Positions 1 through 8,758 of a stretch of DNA of 64,000 nt are shown here, in pieces. Source of the stretch: Diplonema japonicum (lineage: Eukaryota; Protista; Euglenozoa: Diplonemea); the NCBI GenBank assembly GCA_964019335.1, contig OZ025689.1, positions 493,026-557,025 on the forward strand. Direction: 5' to 3'. How positions within the stretch are numbered: position 1 is the stretch's first letter; every line of letters begins with the position of its first letter. The notes below the pieces were generated by a model, which did no database searches, was not told the origin of the DNA, and saw only the letters and a program-made list of their open reading frames with translations. Position numbers and translations under genes: made by a program.

Positions 1-398
1 CCCTCCTTTCTTAATAAAATAAAATTGCGGGGAGTAAAATAAAAACAATTTTATTCGCGCCCAATGTATTTCTGTCAACTCTGGGGGGGGGGGGGGGGGG
101 ATAAGAAATCACTCGATTTTTTTTCTTCATTAGGAGTGACAGAAAATTCATCAGTTCGTTGTGAACAAATAAATATTGTAAAACAAAACCAAAAACAAAA
201 AATTGACGAATAGGACAAGCACCTGTTGTCTCAATTGCATAATATTCCAATCAGAGGGCTTCAAAGGGTTGCCGCCGCCTGTCATGAACCCCCAGACAAG
301 AAGACTTTTGGCTGATTTTTTTTCCAAAAAAAAAAAAAAAAAAAAAAACCGAACTTGTCCGTTTTTATTCGTCAAAAATGTTTGTTTTACAACAAACT

Positions 399-433
<35 letters not shown>

Positions 434-1400
434 CCCCTCTTTTTTTCTTCTCTTGCTTTGGGGTTTGCAAAGCCTATACCCAGGTGTGTCTAGCTGACGT
501 TTGTATCTTCCAATCCAGAACTTAAATAAAAACAATAAAAAAAAAGAAAATAGGAGAAACAAAAAAAAAAAAGAACTCCCCGTTTCTAGAGTGTAAAATT
601 GTAAGGTCATTTTTTTTTACTTCGGGAGAGACAGTAGACGGTGAGAGAGCAGTATACACGGGCATGTGGGCACGGACTAGTAAACTACTCTGGGGAGAAA
701 TACTGGGGGGACGCATTTTCATCACAAAACACAAAAAATGAGAAAGGAGGGGGGGGGGGAGGGGGGCAAGAATAACAAAAATGTTGTATTCGGCAATCAA
801 ATAGAGCAAGAGCAACAGTGATAAGGTATGGGGGAGAAATGGTGCAGTATACAAGAATAAAAAGAGGAAAGAATGACTTTGGTTGCTTCATAAACCGCCT
901 GGCTTACGAACAACTTCTTTGCCGCGATAGCGAATGTTGCTTCAGATTGTTAACCCAAATGGAAAAAATATATGGGTTAAAGGAGGCCGGTGTTGGCGGT
1001 GCCCAAAAATAATAATAATGTTCATCGACTCAAAAACAAATTTCTGAAGAGAAAAAAAAAGGGGGGGGTATATTCTTTTTTTTTCTTTCTCGGCTCTTGG
1101 ATATTGGGAAACTATGAATAGAAATAGAATAAATAGAAGAAAAAAAAAAAGAGAAAGAACAACAGATGAAACGTTCAGAGAGGGGGAGGTTGGTTGTATC
1201 ACACTAAACGGTTTTTTTTTTTTTTTTTTTTTTTATCTTTTTTTTTTTTATTATTTCTCTTCTGAAATTTCTTCACGATCCCAGGGCTCATTATTTCATT
1301 ACTTACGGTGAAGTAACAGGTAAATAATATGCTTCAGTGGGCCAATTTTTGCTTCGCCGGTAAATGCCCTCAGACGTAATAGCTTGCTTCTCGTGAAGCT

Positions 1401-1459
<59 letters not shown>

Positions 1460-1552
1460 CTTCCCCTGGCAGTCGTGAAGTAATTTCGAGGAGTGTCGTG
1501 AAAATATAAAAAAAAAATTTTTTTTTTCTTTTTTTTTTTTTTTTTATTATTA

Positions 1553-4500
1553 TTATCTCATGGAAAACCCCAATGTAAATTCCTCACCCATTGTCCCAAG
1601 CCAACCTTCGTTTTGGGTGTCAGACAAGTTCAAGGTTATATCGTAAGGCATAGGTGGAACAGAGTCGACAGCGGCCGCAAGACACGCCGATTTTATGAAA
1701 TGCAGAGAGGATTCAGGACCGTTAAGAGTTTCCTTAGAATTATGCGTCCTGCACGTGTCTTCAAAACACGCCCCGCAGACAGCATGCTCGCACTCCGCGC
1801 ACGTAAATACAGAACAACGTGTTTTGCACACACTGCATGTGCGCTCCACGCGGGCGGCTTCTATAGTTTGAGACACCACTTCATATGCGGGTTTCGACCC
1901 ACGTAAGGCATCCTTAACAGATAACTTGAACACGGAACCCCATGTTGCATCTGCAGGACCTTCTGAAGAAAACCCCCATGAGGATATGCACGCCGCAAGG
2001 CCCACTAGGTTCAATTCGTACACAAACAACTGCTGCGAGAAACTGGGCGGGTGCGGCGCGCACGTGAACAGCTCAATCGGTCTGATGTAATCCTCCACAG
2101 ACGGTTCTTCAGCAATACCGGGCACACCAGGGATGGCACTGCACAGAGCGAACGTGCCCAATACAGAGGCCTTTGAGGCCAGCATCAGTGACATGTCAAC
2201 TGCCCCGCCGATCACCATCATATTTTTCTGCGTTTCCGTTCCAACCCTCCCGTGAAGCGACGCGCCTGTCGTGATGCCCACGTTGACCATGTCCCCCCAC
2301 ACATCACTGTAGCTGATGAAGTTCCGCCCTGTTCCTCTGAAGATCGCGGCGAACCGTGTCGCCTGAACCACGTGTTGCGGACACCTTTTCATCACGTTCC
2401 ACGTTACTAACATGACACTTCCGCAGACGGATTGGAAGATCCCCTCTGTTTTTTGAACCGTTTCAAAAATCGGGGTCATCAGCGCTCCCAACCCTTCCGG
2501 TGCACTGCCCATCTGTTTAAGATATCTGTAATTCACTTTAATGGTCGCTACAGTGGACGCCACGGACCGTAAAGGCATCTTGTGGTGTTTTAAAGCAGTT
2601 GACAGTGATGATTCCGGTGGGGATTTCGAGAATGGAAGCGTGCTGCTTGTTTTCTTTTTATGCGCTGCTGTGAGGACCTCGGATCTTCTCTGCAGCAAGT
2701 CTCCCGGCAGTACGATGCTGATGTTCGACAGCTGCACAACGCCTCTCAGAGGGACTTTTCCCAATGATGAAAGTTCCATTTCCCCCAGTTCCTTTACATC
2801 GTCGCCGATGTCTTGAAGTACCTCTTCTGTCACAGCGACACTGCCTCCCACAGCTACGCTTTCCACCCTTGCTGCTTTGTTTACTGTTTTCCCGAAGAAG
2901 TCGATTCTTCCTGTGAGGGGGTTTTTTTGTGGTTCTACGTCTCCTGCGTGGATTCCGATTCTTACCCTTGGCCCACGCCAAAGGAGAGAACCGGAGTCGG
3001 ACTTCTTCTCTTTGCAGTACGCGGTCTTCAGCAACCCTGATGGCCAGTCGGCTTGGACGAGCTTTTGCTGCACCGTGAGGGAGAATCGTAACGCATCTTT
3101 CGAGGTGCGGAATGCTACCATGAATGCGTCGCCGATTGTCTTCACCTCGTACCCTTCGCATTTCTGGATCACAGAGCGGATGACTTCGTTGTGCGTGTTT
3201 AATGCACTTCGCATGCTTCCAGGACATGCCTCCCAAAGTAATGTGGAGGCTTGTATATCCGTGAAAACAATAGCAGCATAAGAAGCAGGGTTGGCTTCCA
3301 TCTGTGCCGCGAAGGGGTCCTGCGTGGGTTCCGTCACATACTTCGGGGACATCGTGTATTGCGAAGAGTTGGAGACCTGTGCCTGCTCGATAAGCTGGCC
3401 GGGGAGGAACGGGAGGTACGACGCAAGATTGTCGACAAGCCCCGTGTACGCTGAGAGCAACGTCCTCGGTACGTCCTCCACCGACTCGTTTATAAGGACC
3501 TTGGCGTCGTCCAGGTTGAGCTTCACGATGGCACTGGCGATATCGTCCGCTAGTGAAATCGCTGACACCATTCTCTCGTCTTCGACCTCGCCGATGTAAA
3601 AGGACTCCAGTTTGCGTCTTGCATCTAAAGAGTGCGCGTTGTCGATGAACGTTTCTGTAGCATCGTCACCAGCGAATTCTAGGAGCACCCCTGCGCCACC
3701 AGGGTGTGTGGTGAGCCAGGATTTCACCGCAAAGACCCTGCCTTCAATTACGACCCAAGGGTCGATCGCGTTGTTGTGCTCCTTTATCTCCGCCCACGGA
3801 ACCTTTGTCACGTTGATGGTTCTTGCAAGACGCGCGCGGCGTCTTACGTGAAACTTTCTTTTAATAACTTCCAACACAATCGCGATTCCCGTGAACACCG
3901 ACAACCCTATGATGGATGCCGTTTTCATCCGTCCCGCGCCTAATGTGTCTGTCATCTCCATGCGTTCGATCCCACGGAAAACTTGAAAGAACGCAAGAAC
4001 ACCCACCGCTCTCCCGAGCATCGGGTGGACATAACGTGCCACCTTGCGAACAGCAGTATCGGGATCGGGGAAAAGAACGGAAAGAGAACCGAAAAAGGGC
4101 ATAGCGAGTATGATGGAAAAGACAGTATATCCAACGTATCGATGCTCCTCTATGCCTTTAGCGGTGGAGTTGACCTTGTAAACGAACCCAGTGATTACTG
4201 TGATGAGAGTGGCGGTCATGACGAAGACGTGAAGGTAGAAAGCCATTCCAAAACCTGTTCTGCTGTGGATGGAGTTCCCCAGCCCGAAGATTGGCTTTCC
4301 GTAACGCTTGATTAGGATACCGAATGGGAGGAGGTAGCACCAACCGGCAACCATTAGCGATCCGTGAATCCGTCTTTGAAAGAGCTTGCTGTTGCCATAT
4401 GTGACGGTGGAGGTTAAGAAGTCTAGGCTCATGGTAAGAGGAATTGAACGGTGCTTTCTGAACTTTGCGCGGCCGTCCTCGGAGTACATATTGATGTTGA

Positions 4501-4954
4501 TCGGACCTTTGTTGAATCGTTTAGTATCACGGGTGAAGCGGAGGATTGTGAAGCCTGATTCTCTTCCCACTGTGCTGTTGTCGTAGAGCAGTCCGATTTT
4601 CTCGCCAGCTGCGATGTTCTTCTCGATTGTGAACCCGTTTCTCGATTCAAAATCGCTGCTGTCAAAGAAATACACTAGAATCCCTCGGAGATCGCCTATA
4701 ACGGACACGGCTGGATACATGTCTCCGATTTTATCAGGGAAGGCGATTGAGATGTACCCGTCGTCCGCGTGGGTCAGTGCGATGTCCGCTTCGCTGTCGC
4801 CCTCTACGTAGTTCCAATGCAAGGCGTACCCGTCCCTCACCGAGACCATGCATTGATAAGTGTGGGTGCTGTTGAAGGTTATGTTCGATGAAATGCATTG
4901 TCCTGAAATTGTGTTCGCGCACAACAGCAACAAGATTAGCATTTGTCGGTGCAT
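1553..4954 (-). CDS. DOMON / cytochrome b561 / cytochrome b5 / class III adenylate cyclase fusion protein (paralog A), with degenerate second cyclase domain and C-terminal B-box-like finger
   Basis: Signal peptide from MHRQMLILLLLCA (ATG 4954; the ORF extension upstream is poly-A). DOMON: YALHWNY, GDMYPA, KFRKH. Four b561 His: RIHGSLM, YLHVF, EEHRYVG, YVHPMLGR. Cyt b5: WVVIEGRVF..THPGG..AGDDAT..AHS. Cyclase: FTDIQAST, YEVKTIGDAFM, RIGIHAG, DFFGKTVNKAARVES. Cys cluster CSVC..CAEC..CGAC..H. Confidence 0.9.
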   Translation of the reverse strand: MHRQMLILLLLCANTISGQCISSNITFNSTHTYQCMVSVRDGYALHWNYVEGDSEADIALTHADDGYISIAFPDKIGDMYPAVSVIGDLRGILVYFFDSSDFESRNGFTIEKNIAAGEKIGLLYDNSTVGRESGFTILRFTRDTKRFNKGPININMYSEDGRAKFRKHRSIPLTMSLDFLTSTVTYGNSKLFQRRIHGSLMVAGWCYLLPFGILIKRYGKPIFGLGNSIHSRTGFGMAFYLHVFVMTATLITVITGFVYKVNSTAKGIEEHRYVGYTVFSIILAMPFFGSLSVLFPDPDTAVRKVARYVHPMLGRAVGVLAFFQVFRGIERMEMTDTLGAGRMKTASIIGLSVFTGIAIVLEVIKRKFHVRRRARLARTINVTKVPWAEIKEHNNAIDPWVVIEGRVFAVKSWLTTHPGGAGVLLEFAGDDATETFIDNAHSLDARRKLESFYIGEVEDERMVSAISLADDIASAIVKLNLDDAKVLINESVEDVPRTLLSAYTGLVDNLASYLPFLPGQLIEQAQVSNSSQYTMSPKYVTEPTQDPFAAQMEANPASYAAIVFTDIQASTLLWEACPGSMRSALNTHNEVIRSVIQKCEGYEVKTIGDAFMVAFRTSKDALRFSLTVQQKLVQADWPSGLLKTAYCKEKKSDSGSLLWRGPRVRIGIHAGDVEPQKNPLTGRIDFFGKTVNKAARVESVAVGGSVAVTEEVLQDIGDDVKELGEMELSSLGKVPLRGVVQLSNISIVLPGDLLQRRSEVLTAAHKKKTSSTLPFSKSPPESSLSTALKHHKMPLRSVASTVATIKVNYRYLKQMGSAPEGLGALMTPIFETVQKTEGIFQSVCGSVMLVTWNVMKRCPQHVVQATRFAAIFRGTGRNFISYSDVWGDMVNVGITTGASLHGRVGTETQKNMMVIGGAVDMSLMLASKASVLGTFALCSAIPGVPGIAEEPSVEDYIRPIELFTCAPHPPSFSQQLFVYELNLVGLAACISSWGFSSEGPADATWGSVFKLSVKDALRGSKPAYEVVSQTIEAARVERTCSVCKTRCSVFTCAECEHAVCGACFEDTCRTHNSKETLNGPESSLHFIKSACLAAAVDSVPPMPYDITLNLSDTQNEGWLGTMGEEFTLGFSMR

Positions 4955-5162
4955 TTTTTTTTTCTTCCCCCTCCCCCCTCCCTCTTGTTTTTTGTTTTTT
5001 GTTGTTTTTTTTTTTGTTTCCTCCATTACGCAGGAAAAAGAAATAAAACTTTTTGTACTTTTCCATTTCCCCCCCCATTTTTTTCCTGTAAAGCAAAAAA
5101 AAAAAGGGGGTGAAAAAAAAAAACTTTTTTTTTTTGTTCATCTTTCCTGTTCTCTTTGAGAC

Positions 5163-8100
5163 TTAGACATGTACGACAACGTTCTCCTCTTGCGGGGCAG
5201 AACCGGTAACGAATGCATGGCTGCAGGTTTCATTGCATGGGGTGATCACAAATACTTCAGGATGCACCTTGTCAACGGCAGCTCTACGTACGTTGCTTAC
5301 GAGGACATTGATGGCGCTGTCGGACGACTCGAGGTCGCGCTTCAAGTGGTTCTCACACGTTGCTTGGCAGCAGCTCCCGCAAATGGACACCTCGCAATCC
5401 GTGCAGTACACAGCACAGGTGTCGGAGTTGCACTTCAAACACTTCAGTTCCCCCTTCACGGCTTCAAAAATTTGCACGACATCTGTATACGCAGCAAGGT
5501 CTCCTGACAATGCAGATCGAAGAGTTTGGCTGATGGAGTGTCCCCAGGACGCATTTGCTGGCCCTGTACTCTCGAACCCCCATGAAGATGCGCAACATGC
5601 CAGAGCTGCTGTGTTCATTTCATAAACAAACATGTTCACGGGCAAGTCCACAGTGAACGTTTTCATTGCCAAGGCCTGTATCGGCCGCAAGTGATCCGCC
5701 AGTGACGGTTCGTCAGCAATGCCCAGCACACCTGGTACTGCACAGCACAGTGCGAACGAGTTGTACTCCTTTGCGAGCGCGGCAAGTCTAGTCGCAGTGC
5801 TGACTGAACTTCCGACCAAAAGTATGAACTTACGCCGTTCGCTCCCGCATGACCCGAAGTACCCCACGCCTGTGGCCACACCTGCATATACCATCCCACC
5901 CCAAGGCCCTTGTCCTTGAAGGAAGTTCTGCCCCGCCATCCGAAGATCCACCATGCAGCGTGCTGCCTGCAAACGATGCTGCGTGACCTTCCTTTCAAGG
6001 TTCCATCCAAGCAAAACAGCGTCCCCGAAAACAGATTCGCAGACACCTTCCGTTCGCTGCACAGACCCAATGATCGGCTCAAACAGCTCTGAGATTCCAA
6101 GAGGCATGTCCTCACAGTGGTTTAGGTAAGCATAGTTTATAGTGATGGTGCTCACGGTGCAGGTTGACTCACGGAAGGCGGTTTGAGTGCGGCGCATGGC
6201 GGAGGCGATGGAGCCATGGTGGATCCTTCGAGAGTGGACGGAGGGCTCCTGTTGGACAAGGATCTTTCTTCTGTCGTGGAGTTCGATGGGGATCAGCAGC
6301 GTGATGTGCGATAGTTTCATGACGCCCTTCAACGGCACCTTCCCTATCGACACGGTGAGCAGCTGGCCTATTGCGTTCATCTCCTCTGTGGTGATCGCGT
6401 CCAACACCTCTTCCGTTACAGCGACACTGCCTCCTACAGCCACGCCTTCTACCCTTGCTGCCTTGTTCACAGTGTTTCCGAAGAAGTCGATTCTTCCTGT
6501 GAGGGGGTTTTGCAGAGGTTCTACTTCTCCGGTATGTATTCCTACTCGAACCCGTGGGCCTGACCATATCAAGGTCCCGTCGCCGTCGCGTCTTTTTTTG
6601 CAGAGATTGATGTCCAGTAGTTGTTTAGGCCAGTCGGCAGCTAGGAGGCTGTGCTGCACGTCGATCCCGAAGCTCAACGCGTCCCTTGCAATACGGAACG
6701 CCACCATGAACGCGTCGCCCATGTTTTTCACCTCGTACCCGTTGTTCTTGCCAATCACAGTGCGAACTGCATTATTGTGAACACTTAACGCGCTGTGCAT
6801 GCCTGCACGGCATGTGTCCCACAGGTATTTAGATGACTGTATGTCCGTAAACACGATGGTGGAGTGTGTGGGCGGGTTGTCCTCGATCTCACGGTTCAGT
6901 GCATAGTTGCCCACTTCGCTGACCTGATAAACAGCTGCACGATTCAACGGAGCTGATTCCTTCTTCCGCACGGCGGCCCCGCTGTGATACGCCTTCTCCA
7001 ATAGCTGTTCGGGGAGGTAAGGTTGGTACGATGAAAGGTTGTCGATGAGGCCGGTGTACGCACAGAGGAGCGTTGACGGGACCTCCATCACCGCTTCTTC
7101 GACCATGAGCCGTGCCTCATCGAGGTTCAGCACCAAGATGGCATTGGCAATGTCGTCTGCGAGGGAAATTGCAGAAACAATACGGTCGTCCTCCACGTCG
7201 CCTTCGTAAAAACATTTCAGTTTCTTCCTCGCTTCTTGTGAATGCGCGGTTTCGAGGAATACGGTTGTTGCGTCTTGTCCCACGTGTGCGAGTAAAACCT
7301 CGGGGCCGCCCGGGTGGGTGTGCAACCATTTCTTAACACAGTACACTCTTCCTTCAACAACCACCCATGGGTCTTCTGGTGTGTTGTGCATCTTGACCTC
7401 CGCCCACGGGATTTTAGAAATCGCCGTGGGGTGTGATAAATCGGATTTCCTCTTCACAAGGTACAACCGTTTCACGAGTTCCAAGACAAGCCCAACGGAC
7501 ACTGAACTGGAGAGCCCGATAATGGCGGTGATTTCAAGGTTGTTCGCCCAGGATGGGTCGGAATGTCGCATTTTCGATATTCCGCTGAAGACCTGCACGC
7601 TGGCGAGGATTCCTGCGCTTCTCCCGATCAACGGATGTGCTATCGATACCATTTTCCTGACAGGGTGGGCTGGAGGGAACAGACGCGGTAAAACACCGAG
7701 GGTGACCAAAGCAGCGGCGGCAGCTGGGATCGCGTAGCCTATCTTGTTGTGCTTCAAATCGTCGTTCTCAGGGCCGTTTCGAAAATTTTCGACAGCTATT
7801 AACAAACCGGCGAGCGTGAGTGCCAGACCGGACACCATCAATGCAATGTGCAGACAAAAGGCCAGCCCAAACCCGTTTTGAACAGCGTTTCCCAAGCCGA
7901 AGATGGGTTTCCCAAATCGTTTTATGAGCACTCCATAAGGAACAAAGACGCACCATGCAACTACCATGAGGCACCCGTGAACCCGCCGCTTTTGCACCAG
8001 CGTGTCGGAGTAGAAGATCGCACCGGTGTTCAAATTGACTGTGAAGCACATTGGTATTTCCCTGTGCTTTTGAAACACTGTTCTTTCAGAGTCAAGACCT

Positions 8101-8546
8101 ACGCATATATTAGGTTTGCCTGACTCCTGGTACCCTAGTGTGTTTCTCGCAAAGAGTAGCATTGTTCTCCCGCTTTCCCGTACTGCTTTTGTGCTATTCA
8201 GAACCGCAATGTCTTCTCCGGCTGTTGGGTCGAAAGAGACTTTCCCGTCGTCGTACCTCTGCATCTTGAGCACTTTCTCACCTTTGCTGTCGGTGATCAC
8301 TGCGTAGGCAGGTGTCATCCTGCCGTTCTCGTCGGGGAATGACAAGGCGACCCATCCTGTCGTTGGGGCTGTGATGGCAAAGTTTGCTCTTTTTGCGCCG
8401 ACTGTCCAGCCCCAATGCAGCACGCTGCCTCCGTTCAGCTCTGCCATGCACCCATAGCTCAAGCTATCCGATATCAAATCTGACTTCGTGCATGGTGATG
8501 CGGTGCTAGTCTGTGCGGCCGCTGCAACCACCAGCAGAACCAGCAT
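5163..8546 (-). CDS. DOMON / cytochrome b561 / cytochrome b5 / class III adenylate cyclase fusion protein (paralog B)
   Basis: Same architecture as paralog A: signal peptide, GRMTPA..FQKH, RVHGCLM, CLHIALM, LKHNKIG, IAHPLIGR, THPGG..AHS, FTDIQSS, YEVKNMGDAFM, DFFGNTVNKAARVEG, CLKC..CTDC..CGSC..H. Confidence 0.9.
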   Translation of the reverse strand: MLVLLVVAAAAQTSTASPCTKSDLISDSLSYGCMAELNGGSVLHWGWTVGAKRANFAITAPTTGWVALSFPDENGRMTPAYAVITDSKGEKVLKMQRYDDGKVSFDPTAGEDIAVLNSTKAVRESGRTMLLFARNTLGYQESGKPNICVGLDSERTVFQKHREIPMCFTVNLNTGAIFYSDTLVQKRRVHGCLMVVAWCVFVPYGVLIKRFGKPIFGLGNAVQNGFGLAFCLHIALMVSGLALTLAGLLIAVENFRNGPENDDLKHNKIGYAIPAAAAALVTLGVLPRLFPPAHPVRKMVSIAHPLIGRSAGILASVQVFSGISKMRHSDPSWANNLEITAIIGLSSSVSVGLVLELVKRLYLVKRKSDLSHPTAISKIPWAEVKMHNTPEDPWVVVEGRVYCVKKWLHTHPGGPEVLLAHVGQDATTVFLETAHSQEARKKLKCFYEGDVEDDRIVSAISLADDIANAILVLNLDEARLMVEEAVMEVPSTLLCAYTGLIDNLSSYQPYLPEQLLEKAYHSGAAVRKKESAPLNRAAVYQVSEVGNYALNREIEDNPPTHSTIVFTDIQSSKYLWDTCRAGMHSALSVHNNAVRTVIGKNNGYEVKNMGDAFMVAFRIARDALSFGIDVQHSLLAADWPKQLLDINLCKKRRDGDGTLIWSGPRVRVGIHTGEVEPLQNPLTGRIDFFGNTVNKAARVEGVAVGGSVAVTEEVLDAITTEEMNAIGQLLTVSIGKVPLKGVMKLSHITLLIPIELHDRRKILVQQEPSVHSRRIHHGSIASAMRRTQTAFRESTCTVSTITINYAYLNHCEDMPLGISELFEPIIGSVQRTEGVCESVFGDAVLLGWNLERKVTQHRLQAARCMVDLRMAGQNFLQGQGPWGGMVYAGVATGVGYFGSCGSERRKFILLVGSSVSTATRLAALAKEYNSFALCCAVPGVLGIADEPSLADHLRPIQALAMKTFTVDLPVNMFVYEMNTAALACCASSWGFESTGPANASWGHSISQTLRSALSGDLAAYTDVVQIFEAVKGELKCLKCNSDTCAVYCTDCEVSICGSCCQATCENHLKRDLESSDSAINVLVSNVRRAAVDKVHPEVFVITPCNETCSHAFVTGSAPQEENVVVHV

Positions 8547-8758
8547 ATACCTTGTCGCTTTTTCTTCTTTTCTTTTTTTTTTTTTGCTGCACGGAGAGGA
8601 TTATGAGAATGAAGATGGGGGGGGGGGGGGGGGATCGGGGGGAAGAAGAAACCCGTTAAAAAAACGGTGTTTATTTGAAACTACAAGTACAGAATGAAAC
8701 AAAAATGGAGGAGAAAAAGGAGGCGGGGGTCGGGGGGGGAGATAGGGAAACATAAAGA

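Noticed and set aside
1265-1486. Imperfect inverted repeat with gtgaag motifs
   Set aside because: Too short and degenerate to call a MITE.
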